A DNA stretch of 63,875 nt from Dendrobates tinctorius (taxonomy: Eukaryota): the NCBI RefSeq assembly GCF_039654945.1, contig NW_027361880.1, forward strand, positions 1,488,126-1,552,000, read 5' to 3'. A program made the translations under genes and the position numbers. Positions 35,750 through 48,077 of the stretch are shown here, piece after piece. Position 1 is the stretch's first letter; every line of letters begins with the position of its first letter. A model generated the notes under the pieces. The model was not told the origin of the DNA. It made no database searches and saw only the letters and a program-made list of their open reading frames with translations.

Positions 35750-36328
35750 TTAACTTTACTGACAGCAAAATTGAATAGGCAATGGTGGTGGAAGCACTAC
35801 CCAAATTGGATCAATGGCAGACAAATAATGTTGCTTTTTAACAGTAGTATGTAGAAACAACAAGGATGATGTTCTGAGTTATAAGTGCTAGTCAAGATAT
35901 AAAGAAGTCTTAGACCAAAGACTCATCACACTAAAAATGAAAATAGATTATTTTAGCTTATTCTACAAATGTTTTTTTTCAAAGAATGTTTCTAAAAAAG
36001 ATCATTTGCACTTTGCTAATTGCTTCTGAAAACGTTTACCATAGCCAGGATGAAGCAAATTATCTGTTAATATGGAAACAAAATGTCTGTTGTGGAGTAT
36101 CAATCTTTCACCAAAATATCTTTCATTCAACAGTTTTTCTTGAAGAATCACAGATCCCTGTAAAGCATGACCAATTGGCATGTTTTTTACTTTTCTAAAT
36201 GATCTTTCCATGACTATTTGCATGCAAAGAGTAGAGGCACCTCATTTTTTTTAAATTGGGATGATCATCTTGAGTCACTTTATGCCTACCCTATGCATCT
36301 TTTGTTTTAGTATTTTGAGGTGCACAAC

Positions 36329-37218
36329 TGTTAGGGCTGGCGTAACACACAATTAATAAAAAGATGGTAATAAGGTGCATTTGCAGCCCGGGGTCCACCC
36401 TGCAGAGATGGTAAACTGCTGCTCGGTAATGGCGGATGCTATATGGTGGTATATAAGAAGAACACATGCGGGTTAACATCACTACCGCGGAACATAAATG
36501 CCGGAGCCTGTTTAAGCTCACAGAGCTCGGCAAAGGGAGCGCTCAGTAAAGGGTCACAGAACTCAGACCCAAGGACACAGGGTCAGAGTCCCTCTAGACC
36601 TACTAAGCGTGTGGCGTCGCATCTGCGGATGCTACTAAAGGACGTTGGCTACCGTGGAGTGTCATCCACGTGCACCGTGGTGCATAGACAAAGCCATCAG
36701 TTGGCGCTGATGTCAGTCTCTGACTCTGCCTCCTACCTGCACCTCAGCCTGGGCACTTAACAGGCTAGGCTACACAACACATGCGTATCAAGAGTAGGGG
36801 TTTCATAATGAGTCATTCACCTGAGACATACACACGTACATACAACATTCACTCCACATAGTCTGATCCTTTTATAGGCGCAGCCTTCCGGGACCTTCCT
36901 GGTGGCCCAATCTGAGCTGCATGAGGACCTGAGCATGTGATCTCTGACCACCAATGAGCGGTTGTCTCACGGGCATGCTCAGATGGAGAAAAGCAGGACT
37001 TAGTCCCAGGAGCGTCTGCTCGCCACTGACTAATGTCTGATGCTATAGCTGAGCCTGGAGTGGCAGTAGCAAACAGACGCATAGCATTAGCCTGGGCAAG
37101 ACACCGCGACCGACATCTCTGCTGAGCAGGATCCTCTGCGGCCTCAGAAGAATGGGAGATGGCAGAGGACATGGCTTGAGATTCCCTCTGTGCAGTACGT
37201 GAACCTCGGCGCCTAACA
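36329..37218. mobile_element. Solo LTR
   Basis: TGTTAGGG...GCCTAACA; TSD ACAAC; same family as 48078-49130. Confidence 0.85.
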
Positions 37219-38058
37219 ACAACACTGACTAAAACTAATGGCATGGGCTTTTTATTACCTGGTAAAATAGAGCTTAATGCCTATGTTTATGCAGTGCTAC
37301 TCATATAATTTGTTAGTATTAAATTGCCAAGGACTTATAGTCTGCATTATTTCTTTTCATGCACTATTTTTTTAAATTGCCTGTCACATTGATACATTTG
37401 TAAAATGCTGATGCATTCTCAGTTTAGCCATGGCTCTGTGCACATGATAATGGTAAAAAAAACCTGCTTAGGCAACATGTTGTGAGGGTAAGAGCTATAA
37501 TTTTGTCAGGGGTCAGGTGAGGGTGCTTTCACTTGAGTATATAGCCACTAAAGATGAGTGTATAAATCTATAGAGGATCGAGTTTGTGATGCATTTCCTG
37601 TCATGGTTGAACGTAAATTTGAAAGCCCTTATCCCTGTATTTTGGAGGGGGCTGGCTGACCATGTGAAGGACGCTTTGGCCACTAGGGAGAATCCCTCCA
37701 CACTGGAGGAGCTAATATTGGTCTCCACTCGCATTGACCTTCATTTTCACTAGCGAGGGTTGGAGTGAACCCAGTGTAGGCAGAGGTTTTGGCTGGCTCC
37801 CACCTTCGCCAGACCTCTGGAATCCCCGGTTCAGGCATCCGAGCCACAGGAGCCCAAGGAGGTTTCTCGAGTGAGGTCTAATTCCCGAGTTACTCGCGTA
37901 CCCATGGTCTGTCCTGTCTTCCAGCAGTCGGGACATTATGCCAGGAAATGTCCCCAGTGGTCAAGGAGATGTCAGCCTCTAGTGGCTGTAGGAGGAGATA
38001 AATTAGACACGGCGACTTTTCTCCCAAATTGTCCTTCAAGGGGACAATTACCATTGAC

Positions 38059-39260
38059 TAGGGATGAGCGAGTAGTGAAATATTTGGACTAGCTGTACTC
38101 GTTACGAGTACCTCCTAATACTCAGGTACTCGTAACGAGTAGCGAGTTCAATGTAAGTCTATGGGAAATGCAATTAATGGGCTGTGTGTGTGTGCTGGGC
38201 TGGGCAGGGACTGTGTGAAGACTGTGCCAGGCTGTGCGGGACTGTGCTGGCCTGTGCGAAGACTGTACTGGGCAGTGCGGGACTGTGCTGGCCTGTGCGA
38301 AGACTGTGCAGGGCTGTGTGGGACTGTGCTGGCCTGTGCGAAGACTCTGCTGGGCTTTGCGGGACTGTGCTGGCCTGTGCAAAGACTTGCTGGGCTGTGC
38401 GGGACTGTGCTGGCCTGTGCAAAGACTGTGCCGGGCTGTGCGGAGACTATGCTGGGCTGTGCAGGTACTGTGCGGGACGGTGTTGGGCTTTGCAGGTACT
38501 GTGCGGGGACTATGCCGAGCTGTGTGGGACTGTGTTGGCCTGTGCGGGACTGTGCTGGGCTGTGCGGGACTGTGCTGGGCTGTGCAGGTACTGTGCGCGG
38601 ACTATGCTGGGCTGTGTGGGACTGTGCTGGCCTGTGCGGGACTGTGCTGGGTTGTACGGGAATGTGCTGGGCTGTGTAGGTACTGTGCGGGGACTGTGCC
38701 GGGCTGTGCAGGACTGTGCTGGGCTGTGCGGGGACTGCGCGGGACAGTGCTGGGCTGTGCGGGACTGTGCTGGGTTTTGCAGGTACTGTGCAGAAACTAG
38801 GCTGGGCTGTGCAGGACTGTGCTGGGCTGTATGGGGACTGTGCTGGGCTGTGCGGGACTGTGGTGGGCTGTGCAGGTACTGTGAGGGGACTATGCCGGGC
38901 TGTGTGGGACTGTGCTGGCCTGTGCGGGACTGTGCTGGGCTGTGCAGGTACTGTGTGGGACTGTGCTGGGCTTTGCAGGTACTGTGCAGGGACTATGCCA
39001 GGCTGTGTGAGACTGTGCTGGCCTGTGCGGGACTGTGCTGGGCTGTGAGAGACTGTGCTGGGCTGTGCAGGTACTGTGCAGGGACTGTGCCGGGCTGCGC
39101 AGGACTGTGCTGGGCTGTGCGGGGACTGTGTGGGGACTGTGCTGGGCTGTGCGGGGACTGTGCGGGCTGTGCCGAATATTGTGAGGCGAGTAGTGAAATA
39201 CTCGCCAGGATTCGAGTACCGCGAGTACCGAATCCTAACGAGTATACTCACTCATCCCTA
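38059..39260. mobile_element. hAT MITE with internal 10/20-bp minisatellite (CTGTGCGGGA/CTGTGCTGGG)
   Basis: TIR TAGGGATGAG; TSD CCATTGAC/CCATTGGC; inserted in the Gypsy protease region. Confidence 0.88.
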
Positions 39261-40374
39261 CCATTGGCCCATCCACTCACACGGTCGAGCTTTGCATGGA
39301 TTCTCGGGCAGAGGGCAACTTCATATCCTATGCCTTTGCCCAATGGCATGCAATATCCCTGGTGATGCTCGCTAAACCAGTGACCGTACGAGTAGTGAAT
39401 GGGTCGACACTGCCCTCACAGATAACACACCAGACCATCCCATTTACTCTGTCCATGTCTCCTTCCCATCAAGAGATCATCTCCCTGCTAGTCATTCCCG
39501 AGGGAATTGATGAGGCCCTGTTGGGGATACCTTGGGCACGGTATTCTGGGATGGAGTGAATCTTGTAACGGTAGATGTCTGAGGGAGTGCATACTGTTGC
39601 CACTACGGAGGTACCCGCAGATCTTTCCTCTCTTTCCAAGCACTATTGGCCCTATGCAGACGTGTTCTCCAAGAGGGCTACTGAGACCCTTCTGCCTCAC
39701 CGCCCCTATGACTGTCCTATTGACCTCTTGCCTGGTGCAGAGCCTCCCCAGGGTCGAGTCTATCCCTTGTCTCTCCCAAATATAGATGCAATGCCCCAGT
39801 ACATCCAGGAGAATCTGGCAAGAGGATTTATAAGGAAGTCAGTGTCAAGAAAAAGGGGGACTATGTCCATGCATAGATTACAGGGGTCTTAACGCCATCA
39901 CCATTAAGAACAAATACCCTCTGCCCCTGATATCAGAACTCTTCGATAGGTTGCGGGGAGCGAGGGTATTTACGAAGCTTGATCTGCGGGGTGCTTACAA
40001 TCTGACTATCTACAAGAATGAGGAGGGCACTATCAATGATGAAGCTAAATAGTAGGGATCCAGCCGCAGTATGTCCAAATAACATATATACCAAAACAAG
40101 AGCCAAGAAGACATACACAAAAAGCAGGGATCACCATAAAAATGTATCAATTTTATTACATAGGATACACAAAACACCACAAGTTAAATTAAAAACATTT
40201 AAAATGAACAACGGTTATTAAACATAACCTGTGAACCTGGGAGCGGTACCGGGACCTACAAAGCATCACCCAATCAAGTATACACAATAAGTGCAGCAAG
40301 TCTACAAAATTGATATACTATTTATAATACACTCAGCCCTATGCAAGAAAAATCTCAATATATAGTATCACTAA

Positions 40375-41232
40375 TAGAGTTGAGCGACTTTTGTTTTTTT
40401 AGGGTCGAGTTTCGTTTCGTGAAACCCGACTTTTCCAAAAGTCGGGTCGAGCAAGATCGGCCGACTATAGGGAAAAGTCGGGGTCGTCCCGAAACACGAA
40501 ACCCAATGTAAGTCAATGGGGAATAAAAGTCGGCAGTGAGAGGACAGGAAACACACCAACAGTGCCCATTTGAATGCCAAAAGCATCAATTCTTCTTACT
40601 TAAGCTTGTCAACCTTAATTAACTTCATAATACTAGTTACGCACTGAAAAACGCACGCTCAGTACCTCAGCAGGACAAAAAAAAAATTGGGATTGCTTTT
40701 AAAAAAGCAGTTTGCAGAGCAGTGGGTAAACAGCAATGCAGCCGTCAGGAAGCCTTAGAAGGCAGCCTAACAACCAACACCGCTGATCCAGCAAAATATA
40801 GCCTCCCCTTGCACTGCACACACAGTGACTGGTGTGTTGTACAGGCAAAATCGCTAGCAGCAGAGGCAGTTTTTGGTGTCTTCTTACCTGCCTAACGCTC
40901 TCCCTATTCTGAGATCAGCATGAGTAACATGGCGGTCGGCGTGCACGCCCTTTTATACCCCCTGTGACGCCCACCAAAGCAAGCCAATCACTTGCATGCC
41001 CTTCTGAAAGATGGTGGTGACCCCTGCCTATGTCATCACGTTGCCCACAGTGTCCGTGGATCCTGATTGGCTGAAAAAGAGCGCAAAACAAACTTTTGAA
41101 ACGCGACTTTGGCACGTAAGTCGCCGAACTCGTGGCCGACCTCATCCTAGGGTCGGGTTTCGTTTCATGAAACCCGACTTTGCCAAAAGTCGGCGACTTT
41201 TGAAATTTTTCGACCCGTTTCGCTCAACTCTA
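40375..41232. mobile_element. hAT MITE (short form)
   Basis: TIR TAGAGTTGAGCGA; TSD ATCACTAA. Confidence 0.92.
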
Positions 41233-43182
41233 ATCACTAAATAAAGCAATTTAGATGCATCAAGATACAAGTCCTGGGTGCAAATGTGTATAAATAAGTG
41301 TGGGGAGAGCAAGGATACAATGAACACACAATGTGTATAATGTACTCAACCAAACACAAAAATGTATATAACGTTGCTAAATCCATCAATTATAAAAGAT
41401 GGAAGCAAAGATGTACAAAATATACTGTATATACAATGAGATCATGAAAAAACTCATCAAGAAAAGGTATTGTGGCATCAAATATTAACCCAATATAATA
41501 AACTGCAATATGAACCACTATATTAGTCAATATTTAGTAGGTAAGCAAAAGACATGGGGTTAAGAAGAGCCAAGGCACTTATCAAGTCAAACTGGCATGA
41601 ACCTCCCCTCCCATATACTTTACCACCCAGGACGGCGGGCTGCTGAAATAATGACGGACATGCTCACTGAATACAAATAACCATTAAGTATTCAAGGGTA
41701 CAAAAGGATCAGGCAACAATCCCATAACCTGACGAGTATCATCACAATTGTGACTCCATCAGGGGCAGAGTGAAGTGGTGGCACTTGTGGATCCACTTGG
41801 TTTAAATAAACATACAAATAACATTAAGTTGTAACAGCTGCGGCGACTCACCGCATGGAGACCGCTCCAGGTGCTGGCATGTAATCCCTGAAGTGAGAGA
41901 CACAAGGGCGCATGAGCTGAACAAATGTTATGGAAACCAATAGACACTACATGCCACTGGCAAAGGTGCAAGAAAGAAGGAGGAGTAATGACTCATAATG
42001 ACTTTTCCTTCCGCGTCTGCGCAATAGCGCTGGAAGGTCCTGTCTCCATCCTTTAGAGTTTGGTCATGTGACCTATTTGGCAGGTCCTACAGCTGCAGAT
42101 GTGGTAGCTTTTGTTTCCGTGCCTGCGCAATGGCACTAAAAGTTCCTGTCTCTATCATTTAAACTGCGGTCATATGACCTAATTGGCAGGTTTTAAAGCT
42201 GCAAATGTAGTGTTACTTAAATCATTATATCATTCCATTATAACCATAGAAGGAAGCGACTAGACTTTAATAGCGGCGTTCTAATAAATTTATGTTACTT
42301 TGACGCTACTTAAACAAATAAAGCTAAACATTATTACTAGAGTTGAGCGACTTTTGGTTTTTTAGGGTCGCGTTTCGTTTCGTGAAACCCGACTTTTCCA
42401 AAAGTCGGGTCGAGCAAGATCGTCCGATTATAGGGAAAAGTCGGGGTCGTCCCGAAACACGAAACCCAATGTAAGTCAATGGGGAATAAAAGTCGGCAGT
42501 GAGAGGAGGACAGGAAACACACCAACAGTGCCCATTTGAATGCCAAAAGCATCAATTCTTCTTACTTAAGCTTGTCAACCTTAATTAACTTCATAATATA
42601 AGTTACGCACTGAAAAATGGGTGTTATTTGGCTAAAGTTGTGGGGGGGAGGGCTGGCTGCAGGTTTTCAGGTGCCCTGGGCGAAAGAGCGCCCCTTTAAC
42701 ACATACCACAACTCATTATGCTCCGATACGGCAGATAAATAGCGGTATAGTCCAATGAAAAATACCTCACTTTTTACATCTCATGACGAGGCCCATCTAT
42801 TTCTCCATACAGAATCATTGGTCCCATATAATGTTTGAAACAGTATATGATGAGCTCCACATAATGCTACAGTATATGTTGGTCCCCATGGATGAAGCTC
42901 CACTGTCTTATGGGCCCAAATAATGCTCCAAACATAATGGGCCCCATTTCTAATGCTCTAGTGTATAATGGGCCCTGTAAATGCTGCTCCAGTGTCTGAT
43001 GTCCACCTTTGGAATGTTCCAGTGTATGGTGGGCCCCATCTATCATTCTCCAGAGTATAGTGCTCCCCAAAAATTGCTGTCCCAACATTGAAAACAATCA
43101 AATAAGTCTCCTCGCTAGGGAATCCCTGTACTTGTCTGGACAGGTGCTGTAGCTTGCTTAACAGCTCGCCAGCCGTTCTCAC

Positions 43183-43634
43183 GCCCAGTATGGATTGCAC
43201 GTGATTGCACAAAGGTTAGAAAGGGTACCGTATCCCTGGATAACATGTATGGATAGCGTACACATTCAAAATATATGTCTATACAGCATGAGGCAGGCTC
43301 AGACGGTGTTAGGCCCAGTATGGATTGCACGTGATTGCACAAAGGTTAGAAAGGGTACCGTATCCCTGGATAACATGTATGAATAGCGTACACATTCAAA
43401 ATATATGTCTATACAGCATGAGGCAGGCTCAGACGGTGTTAGGCCCAGTATGGATTGCACGTGATTGCACAAAGGTTAGAAAGGGTACCGAATCCCTGGA
43501 TAACATGTATGGATAGCGTACACATTCAAAATATATGTCTATACAGCATGAGGCAGGCTCAGACGGTGTTAGGCCCAGTATGGATTGCATGTCATTGCAC
43601 AAAGGTTAGAAAGGGTACCGTATCCCCAGATAAC
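43183..43634. repeat. 130-bp tandem repeat, about 3.5 copies
   Basis: GCCCAGTATGGATTGCA at ~43183, 43313, 43443, 43573. Confidence 0.9.
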
Positions 43635-44060
43635 ATGTGACACGCTCGATGGCACAGCTGCCTGTGACCAAAGTGACGAGAGGATAATGGAGATTTTGAA
43701 TCTCTGCGTACACTTTTGGACACTGGACACTTGTAGATTGTGTGAGGCCCACTGATATCTGAGCGCTATGTGACACGCTCGATGGCACAGCTGCCTGTGA
43801 CCAAAGTGACGAGAGGATAATGGAGATTTTGATTCTCTGCGTACACTTTTGGACACTGGACACTTGTAGATTGTGTGAGGCCCACTGATATCTGAGCGCT
43901 ATGTGACACGCTCGATGGCACAGCTGCCTGTGACCAAAGTGACGAGAGGATAATGGAGATTTTGAATCTCTGCGTACACTTTTGGACACTGGACACTTGT
44001 GGATTGTGTGAGGCCCACTGATATCTGAGCGCTATGTGACACGCTCGATGGCACAGCTGT
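43635..44060. repeat. 133-bp tandem repeat, about 3.2 copies
   Basis: ATGTGACACGCTCGATGGC at ~43635, 43768, 43901, 44034. Confidence 0.9.
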
Positions 44061-45784
44061 GACAAAAGTAACTAGAGGATAAGGGAGATTGGATTGCTTT
44101 TAAAAAAGCAGTTTGCAGAGCAGTGGGTAAACAGCAATGCCAGCGTGTCAGGAAGCCTTAGAAGGCAGCCCAACAACCAACACCACTGATACACCACAAT
44201 ATAGCCTCCCCTTGCACTGCACACACAGTGACTTGTGTGTTGTGCAGGCCAAATCGCTAGCAGCAGAAGCAGTTCTTTTGTCTTCTTCCCTGCCTAACGC
44301 TCTCCCTACAGAATCAGCAGCAACCTCTCCCTATACTAAGATCGGCAGAAGTAAGATGGCGGTCGGCGTGCACGCCCTTTTATACCCCCTGTGACACCCA
44401 CCAAAGCAAGCCAATCACTTGCATGCCCTTCTGAAAGATGGTGGTGACCCGTGCCTAGGTCATCACGTTGCCCACAGTGTCCGTGGATCCTGATTGGCTG
44501 AAAAAGAGCGCAAAACAAACTTTTGAAACGCGACTTTGGCGCGTAAGTCGCCGACCTCGTGGCCGACCTCATCCTAGGGTCGGGTTTCGTTTCATGAAAC
44601 CCGACTTTGCCAAAAGTCGGCGACTTTTGAATTTTTTCGACCCGTTTCGCTCAACTCTAATTATTACCATATAAAAAAACGGTCAAAAAGTGGAAAAAAT
44701 TTAGATCACAGCAGCGTATTAAATTCATAACGAATACTCATATTGGCATAGATAATTAATTTGGACCCATATGGATACCACATATCAAGAAAGGCACATC
44801 AACAAACAGATATACCATTCATTCACTATGGGCATAGATTCACCAAATTCAAATACCAGTCATGTCAAAATGCGAGTTCCCTACAGGATCACAACACTTA
44901 TACAGTGTCAAACTGATTTAAGATGTTTATTCATAGTGCCAAGAGTATACAAAAAGAAAAAAATATATATATATTGTAACATATACAAATCGGATTGCAA
45001 TATCAAACACGAAGCTGGTCACAAAGGTAAGATGTCCTCAATTCACATTCAGTTCACTAAACACGTGTGAACATGAGCCAAAAGTTTCATCTGTTATGAC
45101 CATAAAATTGGTCAAATAGGTAAGTGGAGGTTATGGCATCCTAATGACCATCCAAAACACACAGCATGATTATAGGTGCAAATGAGAAAATTTAGAATAT
45201 ATGTATATCCTATTACAATAACAAAGAGAAACATCCAAAAGGTGACAAATTTTTCTGTTCACCGAAGGCATGAATTCACCAGATCCAGCCCCTGGACATG
45301 TCAGTTAACGTAAATGAGGTATCTAGGAACCCACCAGAACCAACAAATACGCTGATGAACATATCGATTTAACAGTTGTCTAAGAGGTCATGACACCTAT
45401 TCGATTTCAGCATAATTAGAGAAATTTATTCATAATACACAACTGAGAACTGTTGGCACATACTGATGGACATATCAATTTATGGATTCCCTAGAGAGTC
45501 ACAAAACAAATAATGTCAGCATGGTTAAAGACATTTATCCATAGGGAAAGGGACAGAACTGTTGGTACCCACTAATAAAAATTGTAACAATAGGAGAGCC
45601 AACAGAACTGATCACCAAGATAATATAGTATGATGTTAATCCACATTTAGTTCACTGAAATCATGTGAACTTAAAAAAGTAGATCCAACTGTTATAACCC
45701 AATGTAGTTGGTCAAAAGGATAAGTAATGAAAGTCTAATAGTTATCTCCAGAAGCATACATTCACCAGGTCCAACAAGTAGAAC

Positions 45785-46145
45785 AAAAAAAAATTTGGTT
45801 CCAAAATTATGCTGATGTAAAGTAAACATGATGGAAATGTTACTTATTAAGTTTTTTGTGTGCTGTATCTCTGTGATTTAAGGGCATAAAAATTCAAACT
45901 TGAAAAATTGTGAAATTTTCAAAATTTTCGCAAAATTTCCATTTTTTCCACAAATAAACACAAGTTATTTTAATGAAATTTTACCACTAACATGAAGTAC
46001 AATATGTCACGAGAAAACAATGTCAAAATCACCATGATCCATTGAAGCGTTTCAGAGTTATTACCTCATAAAGGGACAGTGGTCAGAATTGTAAAAATTG
46101 GCCCAGGAGTTAACGTGCAAACCACCCTTAATAGTGAAGGGGTTA
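45785..46145. mobile_element. piggyBac-like terminal fragment
   Basis: Ends GAAGGGGTTAA; reverse-complement homologous to 9040-9330. Confidence 0.6.
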
Positions 46146-48077
46146 AAGAGATCAAATCACTCTATGAGTTCCATAAGGAGACCCAACAATATAAAAGAAT
46201 GTCAGCACTGTTTAGAAAAGCGGATGACGTGTATGCATTACATTTATCTCCCATCCCATACAATAGAAGATAAATATCACTGGATACAATCCTACATTAA
46301 TCCAAAAGGTGAGTTTATAACCCCACCAAATAATTTGTGGACCACAAATACTTTAATTACATTCCACATCATAGACTGGTAGGAAAATTACCTCACCAGT
46401 AGGTCCTCAATAATATAGTTGGAAATAAGGCACTGTGTATCAAGTATACCAGTATTCAGTATAGAGCATGCCCCTGGCCTAGATAGGCCATATTTGATGC
46501 CAACAATACACAGGGAAAAAAGGGGGGGCAGCAAAAGGGGGGGGGAGCCGATTATCATCAGAAATACACGAGCCATATTTGAAGTCAACAATACCAAAAT
46601 ACAAAAACAATCTGATATCATATAAATGGATCAAAGAACGACATCATCCTATAGAATTCTGGTAATAATGATGGGGGACAAGTGCAAAAACAAGACATTA
46701 AGAAATAATGAGCAGATCCAGGTGGTCATATGAGTTCAAATGATTATAGTTGCTTACAATCTGATTCGCATTCATGAGGGGGATGAATGGAAGACTGCAT
46801 TTAACACCAGGGATAGGCACTATGAATACCTAGGGATGCCCTTCGGGCTCTGTAATGGCCCAGCCATTTTCCAAGACTTTGTTAACGATATCTTCCGGGA
46901 TATACTCTCCACCTCGGTTGTATTCTATCTGGATGATATTCTCATCTTCTCTCCAGATATAAACTCCCACCGGAGAGATGTTTGCAAAGTCTTCGACCTC
47001 CTACGGGCAAACTCCCTCTATGCCAAGTTGGAGAAGTGTGTGTTTGAGCAGGAGTCCTTGGCTTTCCTGGGCTATATCATCTTTGCCCAGGGATTGGCTG
47101 TGGATCCTGCCAAGCTACAGGATGTGATGGACTGGCAGGAACCCCATTATCTCAAAGTTGTGCAGCGCTTTATGGGGTTCATTAACTATTATCGCCAGTT
47201 CATTTCCCACTTCTCAATTTTGGTAGCTCCCTTGGTAGCCCTCACCAACAAGGGAGCAAATCCAAATTGTGGTCAGAAGAGGTCTCCAAAGCCTTCCTCT
47301 CTATACAGTAAAGTCCCACTTTGCTAGCGCTCCTATTCTTCATCACCCTGATGTAGATAAAACATTTATAATGGAGGTGGATGCCTCATCCATCGGTGCT
47401 GGAGCAGTCCTATTCCAAAAGGATGCTCAGGGTCGGAAGGACCCTTGCTTCTTTTTCTCCAAGACCTTCACACCGGCAGAGAGGAATTATTCAATAAGGG
47501 ACAGGGAGTTGCTAGCTATGAAGTTGGCCTTCTCGGAGTGGAGACGCCTCCTGGAGGGGACTCAACTTCCCTTCCAAGTCTACACCGACCACAAGAACTG
47601 CTCAGCGGTTAAATTCTCGCCAGGCTAGATGATCCCTGTTCGTCTCACGGTTCTATTTTATCCTTCATTTTCTCTCCGGGGAGAACATTTGTGCCAATGC
47701 TCTCTCTCGCTCTGTAGTGTCATGAGAGGAGGAGGAGCCTTGGTTAATTGTCCCTTCAGAGAGCCTGAGAACTGTGGCCCTGGTTTTGCTGGAGTCTGTG
47801 CCCCCGAGCAAGACCCTGGTTCCACCTAATTTGCGACCAGAAGTTCTCTCTTGGGTTCACTTGTCCAGGGTGGGTGAACATTTTGGTACCAAGAAGACAT
47901 TTGAGCTCCTGGCGAGGATGTACTGGTGGCGGCATATGGCCCGTGACGTCAGAGACTATGTTCGGGCGTGTGTCTCTTGCGCCAAGACAGGCAGACAGTC
48001 CCTGAGAGATGGTCAGGATTGACTTTGTTGTGGGCTTACCCAAGTCTCGTGGCTACACCACTATCTGGGTAGTCACC

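Larger units (their letters stand above)
24505..36286. repeat. Tandem segmental duplication, copy 2 (contains OR3; enlarged by TEs)
   Basis: Collinear similarity with copy 1; similarity ends at ...GTCACTTTATGCC. Confidence 0.9.
42338..44659. mobile_element. hAT non-autonomous element (long form) with internal satellites
   Basis: TIR TAGAGTTGAGCGA; TSD ATTATTAC; ends nearly identical to 40375-41232. Confidence 0.92.
40006..46750 (-). mobile_element. Large apparently non-coding insertion with a 14-bp TSD (probably Penelope-derived)
   Basis: TGCTTACAATCTGA at 39992-40005 and 46751-46764 splits the Gypsy RT; hammerhead-like motif at 41728-41765 on the minus strand. Confidence 0.65.

Noticed and set aside
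38148-39365. 367-393 aa Cys-rich or Pro/Ser-rich ORFs resembling keratin-associated or mucin proteins
   Set aside because: Open in several frames on both strands because of a stop-free 10/20-bp minisatellite inside a hAT MITE
44780-44900. Possible Penelope C-terminal coding trace in the 14-bp-TSD insert
   Set aside because: Too degenerate to support by eye; needs blastx
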